A DNA stretch of 64,000 nt from Octopus vulgaris (taxonomy: Eukaryota), in assembly GCA_951406725.2 (NCBI GenBank), contig OX597833.1, forward strand, positions 54,064,001 through 54,128,000. The letters run 5' to 3'. The notes below the pieces were generated by a model that was given only the letters and a program-made list of their open reading frames with translations, was not told where the DNA came from and did no database searches. How positions within the stretch are numbered: position 1 is the stretch's first letter; every line of letters begins with the position of its first letter. Position numbers and translations under genes: made by a program. Positions 1-12,551 of the stretch are shown here, one piece after another.

Positions 1-160
1 CTATAAACAAATCATCTGTGTGGTTGTTCGGTAAGAAATTGTCAAATGGTCATGTCGTCTAACTAAAGGGTAGGCCATCATATATATATATATGTCAGTC
101 GCCATGATAGATCATTAGCCACTACACAAATTTTTTTTCTCTCCTTGTTTCTTCCTTGTT

Positions 161-196
161 TTTTCTGTAGAAGAGCATAGGCTCGAAACGTAAAAG
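161..196 (+). ncRNA. Minimal type-I hammerhead-like motif with variant core (family I, copy 1), in a repeat spanning ~99-236
   Basis: TTTT-CTGTAGA-A-GAGC atag GCTC-GAAA-CG-TA-AAAG. Stem II GAGC/GCTC, palindromic stem III ACGT, GUA site. Core has A6->U plus an extra A. Second copy at 58323-58358. Confidence 0.4.
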
Positions 197-236
197 ACTT
201 TTTCTATTCCTGAGTGTTATACTAATACATCTGTTT

Positions 237-303
<67 letters not shown>
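237..303. repeat. (GA)n microsatellite
   Basis: Direct reading. Confidence 0.95.
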
Positions 304-306
<3 letters not shown>

Positions 307-446
307 GAGAGAGAAAAAAGAATGAGAGAAATAGATAGATAGATTGATTGATAGAAGTAATTTGCCAGGTGTGTTACCATTAACACATTTAATGCATGGG
401 TCATGAAAAAGCTAATAAATAAAATGCAACCAGTTTAATGACTTAC

Positions 447-546
447 ATATTTCTCCTCCAAGCCGGTATGGCAGACAACTCTGGACATGTTTTAGTTTTA
501 TTCTGTACTCATCAACAAAACATTACTGTTCATGACAAAACAGTCA
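447..546 (-). other. Candidate exon carrying a start codon (MSRVVCHTGLEEKY, ATG at 488, phase-0 donor)
   Basis: Minus strand: ...gattatttcAG acceptor, AAAC-ATG context, 14 open codons, then a GTAAGT donor. Non-repetitive DNA. No homology recognised. Confidence 0.3.
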
Positions 547-964
547 CTGAAATAATCGGTAAGCAAATGTTATAAGATTCTCTCTTAGCTAAAAGTGCTT
601 AATGCTTAGTTGTAAACTCCCTGTGGGAAGCAATTGTTTGTCTTTTGATAGAGAATTGGATGCTGAACCAGCAAACATACAATGCCAAAAAAATCTACTG
701 AGACTAAGAAAATATGTCACTTCTGCCTGCTCAGCATATCATATTTAAGATATAAAGAAAAAAAAAAAAGAAACATATATCTGAATATATATATGTATGT
801 GTGATTACATCTATCTATCTATCTATATATATATATATTTTAACATACATATATGTTCACATACATGCACACACACATGCACTAACATCTCTCTCTCTCT
901 CTCTCTCTATCCATTTACATTTATATATATATATATCTGTAAAATAATATGTGACAATTATTCA

Positions 965-1040
965 ATAGCCAAGATAAAACTCTGAGTTTCGGATGCCGAA
1001 GTGGAAATCCACAACACCATCTCTTCAGTTATCTGGCCAT
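965..1040 (-). ncRNA. Type-I hammerhead ribozyme (family A)
   Basis: Minus: ATGGCC AGATAA-CTGAAGA-GATG..GTGG attt CCAC..CATC C-GAAA-CTC A GAG-TT-TTATCT t GGCTAT. Stem I 6+6 bp, intact core, stem III with 1-nt loop, GUU site. Confidence 0.75.
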
Positions 1041-1419
1041 CTGAAAAACGCTATGAAAAAATACCGTTATACAAAGGGAAATTACTGTGTTATAATTCTG
1101 CTACTTATATAAATTAAGGTTAAAAGTTCATAGTAAACATGTAAGCATGGCTACTCATACGCTCACATGTGCATTCGCGCACCCACATGCATACATATAC
1201 GTCACTATGAAAACGTACACATCTTTACTCACATTTTTCACCAAATGTATACGCATATATATACAAACTCATACACACACACACGCGTACCGTAAAGGTT
1301 CATACATATGTCTATATACGCACAAGCACAAGAAAACACATGATATGATTGTGTGTGTGTATGAGTTTGTATATATATGTGTATGCATTTGGCGAAAAAT
1401 GCATGTATATAACTGTGTT

Positions 1420-1670
1420 GTGTGCATGTTTGTGTCTGTGTTTGTACCCCCATCACCGCCTTACAATTGGTGTTAGTGTGCTTGTATACCTGTAACTTAG
1501 CAGTTTAGCAAAAGAGATTGATAGAATTAATATCAGGCTTACAAAGAATAAGTCCTGGAGGCGATTTCTTTGACTAAAACCCTTTAATGCGATGCTCCAG
1601 CATGGCTGCAGTCAAATGACTGTAGCAAGTGAAAGAATGAAAGAATAACAGAATAACAGAATAAAAGAAT
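1420..1670 (+). mobile_element. SINE family A, 3' half
   Basis: Matches the 3' half of 8827-9228 (...ctccagcatggctgcagtcaaatgactg...). Confidence 0.8.
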
Positions 1671-1879
1671 AACAGATTATATATATTTCTTAACACTCAT
1701 GAGATTACTGATTGTGTGTAGATAGCTTGTGGATGGTATGCAAAATATGAAGAACTTGTCCACTCAACCATTTATTAACGTCATGATAACCAAACTGCGA
1801 ATGTCAGGGAATATTGTGAAGTGTGAAAAAGAATGTCAATGTAACCTTGATGGCAAAAACATAGAATTCTAATTATATA

Positions 1880-2088
1880 CTCTTTTACTTGTTTCAGTCA
1901 TTTGACTGCGGCCATGCTGGAGCACCACCTTTAGTCGAGCAAAAATCGACCCCCAGGACTTATTCTTTGTAAGCCTTAGTACTTATTCTATCGGTTTCTT
2001 TTTGCCGAACCGCTAAGTTACGGGGACGTAAACGCACCAGCATCGGTTGTCAAGCGATGTTCGGGGGACAAACAGACACACACAAACA

Positions 2089-2157
<69 letters not shown>
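1880..2157 (-). mobile_element. SINE family A, 3' half with (CA)n
   Basis: Reverse complement of the family A 3' half. Confidence 0.85.
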
Positions 2158-2159
<2 letters not shown>

Positions 2160-2402
2160 GATGGGGCTTCAGAGTGGAGATGCAAGCCATGAGCATTGAC
2201 ATATAATAATTACATGTTGCTTTAAATAGACAATTGGTGAAAACCTATAAAAAGTCCTTCTGAATGATCCTGAGTCGCCTTAAACCTCTTTGATGATCTT
2301 TAAAAAGAGGTTCATCTAATACAGATCATTATTGACAATAATGTCGAGATCATGTTTACCAGCAGAGTTATTGAGGTTGGTGTCTTTTGGAGAGAGTAGG
2401 TT

Positions 2403-2833
2403 CACCACCATCACCCCCATCATCGTCATCGTCGTCATCGTCGTCGTCATAATCATCATCATCGTCATCATCATCGTCGTCGTCATCATCATCATCATCG
2501 TCATCATCGTCATCGTGATCATCATCATTGTCATCATCATCGTCATCATCATCATCATCGTCATCATCATTGTCGTCGTCATCGTCGTCATCATCATCAT
2601 CATCGTCATCATCATTGTCATCATCATCGTCATCATCATCGTCATCATCATCGTCATTATCATCGTCATCATCATCGTCATCATCATCATCATCATCGTC
2701 ATCATCATCATCATCATTGTCATCATCATCGTCGTCATCATCATCATCATCATCATCGTCATCATCGTCATCGTCATCATCATCATCATCATCGTCATCA
2801 TCATTGTCGTCATCATCATCATCATCATTATCA
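2403..2833. repeat. Degenerate (ATC/GTC)n array, probably an expanded tail of the adjacent RTE 3'UTR
   Basis: Trinucleotide array directly abutting a minus-strand RTE 3'UTR remnant (~2834-3060). Confidence 0.9.
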
Positions 2834-3342
2834 TTTAGCATCCATTTTCCACATTGGCTAGAGTTGGATGGTTTGACAAGGAGCTGGCAATGCCAGGGCC
2901 CACACCAGGTTCCATGGTCTGTTTTGGCTTGGTTTTCTCCAGCTGGATGCTCTTCCTAATAATACCGACCACTTCACAGAGTGCCCTGTGTGCTATTTAC
3001 ACGGCACCATTGCCAGTGCTTTCCATGCGACACCGTCACCACTGCTTTTAGCATGGTGCCATCACCTGTACATTTTACGCTGCAGTTTTTTCCTCTCAAA
3101 ATCCATAACACTGCAGTATGCATTTTATTCCCAAATACAGAAAACTCACATACAAGAGCCTTGATTCAAGGAAGCAAGTAATAATAATAATGATTTCTAA
3201 TAAAAGCACAAGGCCACACATTTCAATGGGAGCATAGGGATGATTAGCTTAAGGCCAGGAGCTAACTTCTTTGTGTTTCATTGATTCTGGAAATTAAGTA
3301 TAAATCTATTGTGATAAAGGAAGAACCGCACATTCCCAGTGG

Positions 3343-3605
3343 TACAGCAGTATAGATGAGTATGCACAGATGCATACACATTAACGTGCACACACGTATA
3401 AACATTCACACACACACACACACGCATATCTGAACACACATCTACTTACAGAAAACTCCACAATCACATATAGATCTATATTTAATTGAGAGATACGATA
3501 CAAGCATGTGGATGTGGGTGTATATGCACACACACACACACACACTTGTGTGTGTGTGTGTGTGTGTGCATGTGTGTGCATATTTCACTGAGACAGTGAT
3601 ACTAC
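3343..3605. repeat. Left arm of ~260-300 bp inverted repeat (partner 5048-5348)
   Basis: tatagatgagtatgcac...gaaaactccacaatcacatatagatctatatttaattgagagata... is reverse-complemented at 5048-5348. Confidence 0.85.
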
Positions 3606-3638
3606 TAACTTGGTGTAAGAACTCAATATATATATATA

Positions 3639-3918
3639 TGGCACATAAAAAGCACCATCCAACCATGGCCGTTTGCCAGCGTGCCCGTCTGGTGGCACAT
3701 AAAAGCACCATCCACCGTGGCGTTTGTCAGCCCCGTGGCACGTAAAAAGCACCCACTACACTCACAGAGTGGTTGGCGTTAGGAAGGGCATCCAGCTGTA
3801 GAAACACTGCCAGATCAGACTGGGCCTGGCGCAGCCTTCTGGCTTCCCAGACCCCAGTTGAACCATCCAACCCATGCTAGCATGGAAAGCGGATGTTAAA
3901 CGATGATGATGATGATGA

Positions 3919-3922
<4 letters not shown>
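3639..3922 (+). mobile_element. RTE-clade LINE 3'UTR fragment with (GAT)n tail
   Basis: Same UTR is contiguous with RTE ORF ends at 22300-23130 and 57600-58236; internal ggcacgtaaaagcacc subrepeats. Confidence 0.75.
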
Positions 3923-3996
<74 letters not shown>

Positions 3997-4309
3997 AGAC
4001 AGAGGACGTGTGTGTATGTGTGTATATGTGATTGACCATTACTTGATGCTATTTAAAATCAATATTTTTCATCCAGTTTTGTTCATGCTTGGCAAATACA
4101 TCACTTATATTTCACCGATGGCTCTACACTATTTAGACTTTTCACTTATGGTGTAATATGGAGTCAGATGTACCAAACTTCAAGGGTCAGAAAGACTATA
4201 CTTTGTGAGGTAATAGTCAGAAATTGCTTGTATCCTTTACACTGTAAGTAACAATCAGAAATTGATTGTCTTCTTTACACAGCAATCTTCAAAAAAGGTC
4301 ATAACTAGG

Positions 4310-4770
4310 AATTTTTGGTTGATAATTGGTGGGTCGTACCCCACAACAAGATGCTCTGTGAAACATTTCATGCATACATCAACATAGAATTCAATGATGA
4401 AAACAAGGACAGCCTACACAGTTGGATCTAGCCATGTACAAAGGCGACACAATCATATGCGTCTACACAGTTCACCGCTTGAACTCCAAATGCTTCCACC
4501 TGATGGTCTTACTTCATGTCATTAAGGGACCAACCTCCTTCGATGACCTTTGCACGGTGGACGACCACTTATGCATCACTTTCAAAGATGCTTGCTCCAG
4601 ATGGATACAGATGACCAATATGATAATTCACTTGAAGAGGCCTCTCTGTATCCATTCTCCGTACAAGCTCTGACACCTTTCTGCAATAATGTTGGTTTTC
4701 TGTAATAACCTAACAGACACACATTCACTTTGGAATAAATACAAAGACTCAATGTACCATGAAATTTTGC
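4310..4770 (+). pseudogene. Helitron Rep/Hel protein fragment (deleted, frameshifted)
   Basis: Translated motifs VDNWWVVPHNKMLCETFHAYINIEF, VYTVHRLNSKCFHLMVLLHVIKGPTSFDDLCTVD..TFKDAC and SLWNKYKDSM resemble the conserved Helitron RepHel blocks VDNRWVVPYN..AHINVE and RLLLH.V.GPTSF.DLRTV. Confidence 0.85.
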
Positions 4771-4774
4771 TGCT

Positions 4775-5048
4775 CTATCTCTATCTATCCGCTCAGCCGA
4801 AGTTGACTCTCGGTTACTCCATGGATCAGTGTCCTCCAGTCATTTCTATCCTGGGCCGCTTCTTTCAGACTGGCTATGTCCATTCCGGTATCACTCTTGA
4901 TGGTGTCAAGCCAGCGGGTTCTTGGTCAGCCTCTTCCTCTCTTGCCACTGACCATTCCAAGCATGATGCTCTTCTCCAGGGATTTTCTCCTCATAATATG
5001 ACCAAAATATGCCAATCCATGCTTGGTGATCCTAGCTTCTAGTTAGCA
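4775..5048 (-). mobile_element. RTE (BovB-like) LINE ORF 3' end
   Basis: Minus translation ..LAYFGHIMRRKSLEKSIMLGMVSGKRGRG*PRTRWLDTIK..DRNDWRTLIHGVTESQLRLSG*; short (ATAG/AG) tail. Confidence 0.85.
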
Positions 5049-5607
5049 GTATTGCTGTCTCTGTGAAATACACACACACAGACACACACACACACACACA
5101 CGTGTGTGTGTGTGTGGTGTGTGTGTGTGTGCGTGTGTGTGCATGTGTGTACATACTCACCCACATCCACATGCTTGTATCATATCTCTCAATTAAATAT
5201 AGATCTATATGTGATTGTGGAGTTTTCTTTATGTAGATGTGTGTTCAGATGTGTGAGTGTGTGTGTGTGTGTGTGTGTGAATGTTTATACGTGTGTGCAT
5301 GTTAATGTGTATGCGTTTGTGCATACTCATCTATACTTCTGTACCACTGTCTTTCTTTTGCTTGTGTCAGTCATTTGACTGCAGCCATGCTGGAGCACCA
5401 CGTTTTGTCAATCAAATCAACCACAGGACTTATTCTTTGTAAGCCTACTACTTATTCTATCAGTCTCTTTTGCTGAACCACTAAGTTACGGCAATGTAAA
5501 CATACCAGATCACAGGTAGCGTTGACACTCCTACCACCCCTGCTATTTACAACGGAGGACTTCTTCCCTTGGAGGACTTGGTTATAGCAATTGGAAGTCA
5601 ATCAATG

Positions 5608-6100
5608 GATCATCATCATCATTGTTCGACCGTGGTCGAGACAATGGAATTTACCATGCTACGCCAGACTTCACGGTCCATCATTGCATTACGGAGGTCC
5701 TGTTGCTGGATGCCTGTATCCCTGGAGATTACATCAGGGTAGGAGAGTGTGCGCCCTCTGGTATTGCGAGTAGATGGCTTCCAGAGGAGAAGAGCAGAAA
5801 TTACCTCGTTTTCAGCTCTACAACAATGTCCAGCAAACTGGACTCTCATACCTTTCACAAGAGATGACAGAGGTGGTAGTTTCCCATATATTTGCATTTT
5901 GGTTGGATGACGCTTCCACGAGAGATTTTGAGCTCTCATGAGGAGGCGAGTGTAGGTTCCATCCAACCGCCTCTCAAGCTTCTTTGATAACATCCAGGTT
6001 TCTGAGCCATATAGTAGAATTGGTTCAACTGTGGCTTTGAAGATTTCAAGTTTGAAGTCTCTACTTAGATTTGATGACCAGATCTTATGCATGTCATAAG
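5608..6100 (-). mobile_element. RTE-type LINE ORF C-terminus, 5'-truncated
   Basis: ORF 5619-6107 contains IFKATVEPILLYGSETW..QFAGHC..DREVWR (post-RT region); (TGA)n tail right after the stop. Confidence 0.85.
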
Positions 6101-6549
6101 ATGACATGCATCAATGGATGCTTATTCTCTCAGTATTCCAGACAGAAATGAAGACGTCTGTCCCGATTGCCTCATTCTCAGAGAAACGTTCTACGGCATC
6201 CACAGACTCAAACATTACATTGCTGAAAACAAGCCCCTTTCTGAATTCTGATCAAACTGATGTATACAGTTTCATCCCTGGAAACATCTACACACGCACT
6301 GGTGGAATCAGAGAGAGAGTGTTTGTAAGTGTGTGCGTTTTTCTTTTGCTTGTTTCAGTCATTTGAGTGTAGCCATGCTGGAGCACCACCTTTTGCCAAT
6401 CAAATCAACCCCAGGACTTATTCTTTGTAAGCCTATTACTTATTCTATCAGTCTCTTTTGCTGAACCTCTAAGTTACGGCAATGTAAACATCCCAACATT
6501 TGTTGTCAAGGTGGGGGGCAAACACAGATGCACAAATACATACAAATAT

Positions 6550-6856
6550 CACCGTGATCACCGTGACCGAACAGGCTATCAGATGTTGCTACACATCGCT
6601 GGTCACAATGCGCTTCACATTGTTTTAGCCTTTAAATGATGCCACCCCGCCGGCAAAGCGAGCAGGCCAACAGAAGAAAGAGTGAAAGTTGTGGCGTAAG
6701 AGTACAGCAGGGATCGCCACCATCCCCTGCCGGAGCCTCGTGGAGCTTTAGGTGTTTTCGCTCAATAAACACTCACAACGCTCAGTCTGGGAATCAAAAC
6801 CGCGATCCAACAACTGCGAGTCCGCTGCCCTAACCACTGGGCTATTGCGCCTCCAC
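6550..6856 (-). mobile_element. tRNA-derived SINE family C
   Basis: Minus head tggaggcgcaatagcccagtggttagggcagcggactcgc..gattccc with A/B-box-like motifs; head shared with 28440-28733 and 36435-36736. Confidence 0.75.
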
Positions 6857-6858
6857 AT

Positions 6859-6911
<53 letters not shown>

Positions 6912-7171
6912 ACAGGCTTCTTTCGGTTTCCATATACCAAATCCACTCTTTGTAAGCCTATTACTTATTCTATCAGCTTGACAACCGATGGTGGTGTGTT
7001 TACGTCCCTGTAACTTAGCGGTTCGGCAAAAAGAGACCAGTAGAATAAATACTAGGCTTACAAAGAATAAGTCCTGGGGTCGATTTGCTCGACTAAAGGT
7101 GGTGCTCCAGCATGGCTGCAGTCAAATGACTGAAACAAGTAAGAGAGAGTAAAATAAAGTATATATATATA

Positions 7172-7604
7172 TCTATTCTATAAAATCCGTTCTGTCTGTC
7201 TGTATGTGTGTCTTCTGGGATCTCGGGCATCCTCCATCCGATTGCTCTCAAATTTGATATGTAGATACCGACGGTATCAGGGCGTGTATAAGTCTTGAAA
7301 CAATTACAAAAATCGATTCCAGGTGAGAATGTGATCGATAAAGCCGTTCTTCCAGTCAACAGCCTTATCATTACTGGTACTTTAAAATCTTCGGTTGCAT
7401 ATTTGCACAAATAAAATCGTTTTTCTTTGGAATAGAAAAAAAGTCTATCTTTATTTCTTCGTTTGCTGGTGTCTCAAATTTAGGTTAAATCAGTGTTTCT
7501 CAAAGGGGAGGCCTATGGGACGGTCGGACAAGTTGTTTTGAGAAAATTTGGTTTAAATGTTTGACAACTCAGCACCATCCATTGGACGGGAGCCGTTTTG
7601 CTCG
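7172..7604 (+). mobile_element. Non-autonomous Helitron-like element (5' part repeated at ~43803-44000)
   Basis: 5' A|TCTATTCTATAAAA; 3' GC-rich hairpin-like stretch then CTCG|T; homologous second copy. Confidence 0.6.
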
Positions 7605-7616
7605 TATGATATATAT

Positions 7617-7803
7617 CATCATCGTCTTCATCATCGTTTAACGTCCGTTCTCCATGCTAGCATGGGTTGGACGGTTCGACCGGGGATCTGGGAAGCCAGA
7701 AGGCTGCACCAGGCTCTGGTCTTATCTGGCAATGTTTCTACAGCTGGATGCCCTTCCTAACGCCAACCACTCCGTGAGTGTAGTGGGTGCTTTTTACGTG
7801 CCA
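7617..7803 (-). mobile_element. RTE 3'UTR fragment
   Basis: Reverse complement of 3639-3922. Confidence 0.75.
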
Positions 7804-8296
7804 TATATATATATATATTTTTACGTGCCATATATATATATATAAATAAATATATATATGTATATATATATATAAATAAATATATAAATAAATTTATATA
7901 CATATGTATGTATATATATATATATATATGTGTGTCTTTGGTGGGAATGCTAATGAGGTTAATGAAGCTAATGATATGTTTAATGCAACTATGAATTTTT
8001 ATTGGCTTGAGGTGAGTGGAAGGAAGAGATAGTTTTACTATACTTTACTGGTGAGGATTAATTTACAGATGTTAATTATAATAACGAGCTTCAACTGGAA
8101 ATCAACCACCATCAGTCTAGGGGAGGGTGAACATTATGGACTTTCTCCTCCTCCATTACCTAGAATAAATTAAGACAGATAATTAATTACTAATACAACG
8201 TAAATATATCATGTGCCTTTCTGCGTATGTTTATACATGTCTGTTTGCTCCTGTGAACACTTGTAGTTTTCATGTAAGGATTGAACTTCATGTGGC

Positions 8297-8331
<35 letters not shown>

Positions 8332-8553
8332 AGCGAGCAAATGAGTATGTGAGTATGTGAGTATGTGAGTATGTAAGTATGTGAGTGTTTGTGCATGTGT
8401 GTGTGTGTGTGTGTGAGTGTGTGTATGCGTGTGTGCGTGCGTGCATGTGTGTGCATGTGTGTGTGAATGAGCGAGCGTGTGAAAGAATGAGTATGTGAGT
8501 GTTTGTGCATGTATGTGTGTTTGTGAATGAGGGAAAGTGTGAGAAAATGAGTA

Positions 8554-8608
<55 letters not shown>

Positions 8609-8826
8609 GTGGATGAGCGAGCATGTGAATGAGTGAGTATGTGAGTGTTTGTGCATGCGTTTGTGTGTGTATGTTTGCGTACATATGTGTATGAATGAGT
8701 GAGTGTGCGTATTATACACAAGGTTTAGGTTTATCAGAGCTACAACCCCCTAAAAATTCCCTGCTTATTATACTCAAGGGCGGACTATACTCGAGGATTT
8801 ACGGTACATTTGTAACCTAAAGTAAA

Positions 8827-8989
8827 GGCGCAGGAGTGGCTGTGTGGTAAGTAGCTTGCTTACCAACCACATGGTTCCAGGTTCAGTCCCACAGCGTGGC
8901 ACCTTGGGCAAGTGTCTTCTACTATAGCCTTGGGCCGACCAAAGCCTTGTGAGTAGATTTGGTAGACTGAAACTGAAAGAAGCCCGTCG

Positions 8990-9021
<32 letters not shown>

Positions 9022-9228
9022 TGTGTGTGTTTGTCCCCCTAGCATTGCTTGACAACCGATGCTGGTGTGTTTATGTCCCCGTTACTTAGCGGTTCAGCAA
9101 AGGAGACTGTTAGAATAAGTACTGGGCTTACAAAAGAATAAGTCCCGGGGTCGAGTTGCTCGACTAAAGGCAGTGCTCCAGCATGGCCGCAGTCAAATGA
9201 CTGAAACAAGTAAAAGAGTAAAGAGAGT
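8827..9228 (+). mobile_element. Full-length tRNA-derived SINE family A (head, CORE-like box, (TA)n(TG)n, LINE-like tail)
   Basis: A box tggctgtgtgg, B box ggttcagtccc, ggcaccttgggcaag CORE-like motif; empty site visible in the duplicate at ~9860-9880. Confidence 0.9.
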
Positions 9229-9399
9229 ATTTAAAAGTTGCAGCCCGGTTCTATGAATTCATCGTACAGTGTTCCTTTATCGAATGAGATATTACAGCCT
9301 TCTGAACGGAGTCATCATTAGATGATTTCACCTCTTGAGACCACGACCATCCATACCCCTAAACACTAAGCCACAAGCCTTCACTCCACATACAAAACA

Positions 9400-9795
9400 T
9401 CTTTATATATAAAAGTGAGGTTGTGTGCTGTCTGTCTCCTATGATTTAGATTCCTAACTACTCCCACGTTTTGCGGTGCAGTTTAACCAAAACCGGGTAT
9501 CTTATAGTCGTGATTCATATCGAGCCCTTCTGTGTATTAGCGCGCGTCTACGATGAGTCTACGATTTAGAAAAAAATTTACCATCAATTTTTCCCATTTT
9601 TAATGCATTTTTGGCATATATAAGGGAAGTAACTCTCTAAAAATTTTTTATTAAATCTCAGAACGTAAAAAGCTACAGTAACACCCCACCTTTGTGGTTA
9701 GCCATATTGAGATGGCTATTATACTTTACATCTCTAAAAGTGCTTATATAGTTATTTCCCTTACAAACCCGAGCAACGCCGGGCGATACTGCTAG
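9400..9795 (+). mobile_element. Non-autonomous Helitron
   Basis: Inserted between A and T; 5' TC; 3' hairpin CCCGaGC-aac-GCCGGG followed by CTAG. Confidence 0.85.
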
Positions 9796-10489
9796 TATAT
9801 ATATATATATATATATATATACGAACTATACTCGAGGATTTGTGGTACATTTGTAACCTAAAGTAAAGGTATTTAAAAGTTGCAGCCTGGTTCTATGAAT
9901 TCATCGTACAGTGTTCCTTTATCGAATGAGATATTACAGCTTTCTGAACGGTGTCATCATTAAATGATTTCACCTCTTCAGACCACGACCATCCATACCC
10001 CTAAACACTAAGCCACAAGCCTTCACTCCACATTCAAAACATATGCTTATATTCAATTAAAACCAGAGTTCACGCATCAGTAACATAACCCAAACCATCA
10101 GAACGAATCCAAGGTTATACAACAAAATAGATTTAAATAATTTCTACAGCCACTGTATGATATAAATGTCATTTCACTAAATGTCAGTTTGTACAATAGT
10201 AATTTAAAACTTCCAGATTATTAACCACGGCTTGTCTTCCATGCTTTTCTCTCTTGCTTTTTTTCCTTATTTCAATCATCATTATCTTCAGGTATTTTCT
10301 ATTCATTTGGCTGGTTTTTGGAAGATGAAGTTAATAGTCCAGAAATTTTAAATTAATTCACCAATAGCTTTAATTGTAGAAGACAGGAAGATTTTTAAAA
10401 ACTGGTTTGGTTATACATTGACTGTGAATAATATCTCGTGTGAGTAAATAGTGCAGAAAATTTTAAACAGACAGCAAGTATGAGTGTAT

Positions 10490-10745
10490 AATAATAATAA
10501 TAATAATAATAATAATTGTGTACAGTGCTCAGGTGCACTAGAACTCATCTAAAGTGTATATATAATCAGGTGTAGTTTGGGCGGATTTCGGAAAGCATGA
10601 GGACCTTAAAGGATGCAGTGTCATGGCAGTCAACAACTGACGCAGGCAGTTTATTCCATTCTTCAGCAACTCTGAGCGTGAAAATATGCTTCCGAAAGTC
10701 ATGGGAGCTGTGTTGTTTTCTGACTTTGTAGGCATGTCCACGTGT
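10490..10745 (-). mobile_element. CR1-clade LINE 3' fragment
   Basis: Homologous to 19855-20390; (ATT)n tail. Confidence 0.8.
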
Positions 10746-10746
10746 G

Positions 10747-10786
<40 letters not shown>

Positions 10787-11032
10787 ATGTTGTGTTACAC
10801 TGTTGTTATACTCATGCGTATATTTACTCACGTGTAAATACGTACTTGGTGTGTTAAAGTGGCCAAAGGGATGAAGTTGTTGTCGAAACAGAACCAGATC
10901 ATGCATTGTGAGCTCAAAACATTTGCCACTGTTTTGTTGGATTCCTAAACAAGGTCATTTTGTTTTACTTACTTTTAATTTCAAGTATCCATGAATAGTA
11001 GGCACCAAATATTAAAAAAAAAAAAAAAAATT

Positions 11033-11204
11033 GGGCACAGGAGTGGCTGTGTGGTAAGTAGCTTGCTAACCAACCACATGGTTCCTGGTTCAGTCCCACT
11101 GCGTGGCATCTTGGGCAAGTGTCTTCTGCTATAGCCCCGGGCTGACCAATGCCTTGTGAGTGGATTTGGTAGACGGAAACTGAAAGAAGCCTGTCGTATA
11201 TATG

Positions 11205-11235
<31 letters not shown>

Positions 11236-11443
11236 CTGTGTTTGTCCCCCTAGCTTTGCTTGACAACCGATGCTGGTGTGTTTACGTCACCGTCACTTAG
11301 CGGTTCGGCAAAAAAGACCGATAAAATAAGTACTGAGTTACAAAGAATAAGTCCCGGGGTCGATTTGCTTGACTAAAGGCGGTGCTCCAGCATGGCCGCA
11401 GTCAAATGACTGAAACAAGTAAAGGAGTAAAAGAGTAAAGAGT
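11033..11443 (+). mobile_element. Full-length SINE family A
   Basis: Near-identical to 8827-9228. Confidence 0.9.
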
Positions 11444-11474
11444 AGAAAAAATACCCAGAGAACAAAGCAAAAAA

Positions 11475-11820
11475 CCTGTCTAACACCCGTGGACATGTTT
11501 ACAAAGTCAGAAAACAGCACAGCTCCCATGACTTTTGGAAACATTTTTTCACGCTAAGAGTTGCTGAAGCATGGAACAAGTTGCCGGCATCAGTTGTTAG
11601 TTGTTGGAGCACTGCACTCTTCAAAACTTCCATGCTTCCTGAGATTCGCCAACACTACACCTGATTTCCTCCCCTCCATACACACGCAGGCATGTATCTG
11701 ACTCATACACTGTTCACTTTCCAGACATTTGTACATTACTGCATATGCTTTATATGCACTTTTGACAAGTTTTGGTGCACCTGAGCACTGTATACAATAA
11801 TTTCATTATTATTATTATTA
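11475..11820 (+). mobile_element. CR1-clade LINE 3' end with (ATT)n tail
   Basis: Translates SNTRGHVYKVRKQHSSHDFWKHFFTLRVAEAWNKLP. Confidence 0.85.
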
Positions 11821-11875
<55 letters not shown>

Positions 11876-11916
11876 CATTATTATTATTATTATTGAGTGA
11901 GAGAGCAGCATCAGGG

Positions 11917-11964
<48 letters not shown>

Positions 11965-11996
11965 CATTATTATCATTATCATTATTATCATTATTC

Positions 11997-12551
11997 TTGA
12001 GTGAGAGAGCAGTGCATGCCATCAAAGTGACACTGGTGTAAAATATATGGAGCCCAGTATACCCATCATGACTACCCGTCTGATAAGGGTACACCAGGCA
12101 CATGCATCACAACCATATGTGCACGACATGGTGATCTCATATCAAGATAAACAGAGCATGACCTTGCAGGTGGGGTCCAGTTAGAATTTTCTTCTGGTCG
12201 AGTAGCCCATCCTGCTCAAAAGGTCCCTGAATAAGGGTTGTTTAAGGATGTTGAACGAACCACCCATGTTTCCAAAGGTGTATTATCCAAACCTCCAAGA
12301 ATTCCTCTCAACACATGGCTATGGTGCTCCCCCAGTACTTCTGCTCATGATTAGAGATGCACATATTGTCAGCCACTAAGGGACATGCTCAACTGGTTAA
12401 GGTCAAACAACTGACAAGCAAATCTGTGGTATTGAGCAGAATATTTTCTGTAGCCCATCTTTCATACCAAGACAAAACAATGTACATGATAACACTTCCA
12501 ATCAGTTAAGATCAGAAGCCACGAGAACCACTGCCTGGCACTGCATCAGGG

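Noticed and set aside
9935-9990. Minus-strand CTGAAGA GGTG..CACC hairpin
   Set aside because: GAAA is misplaced, no stem I, and the duplicate at ~9330 lacks the core
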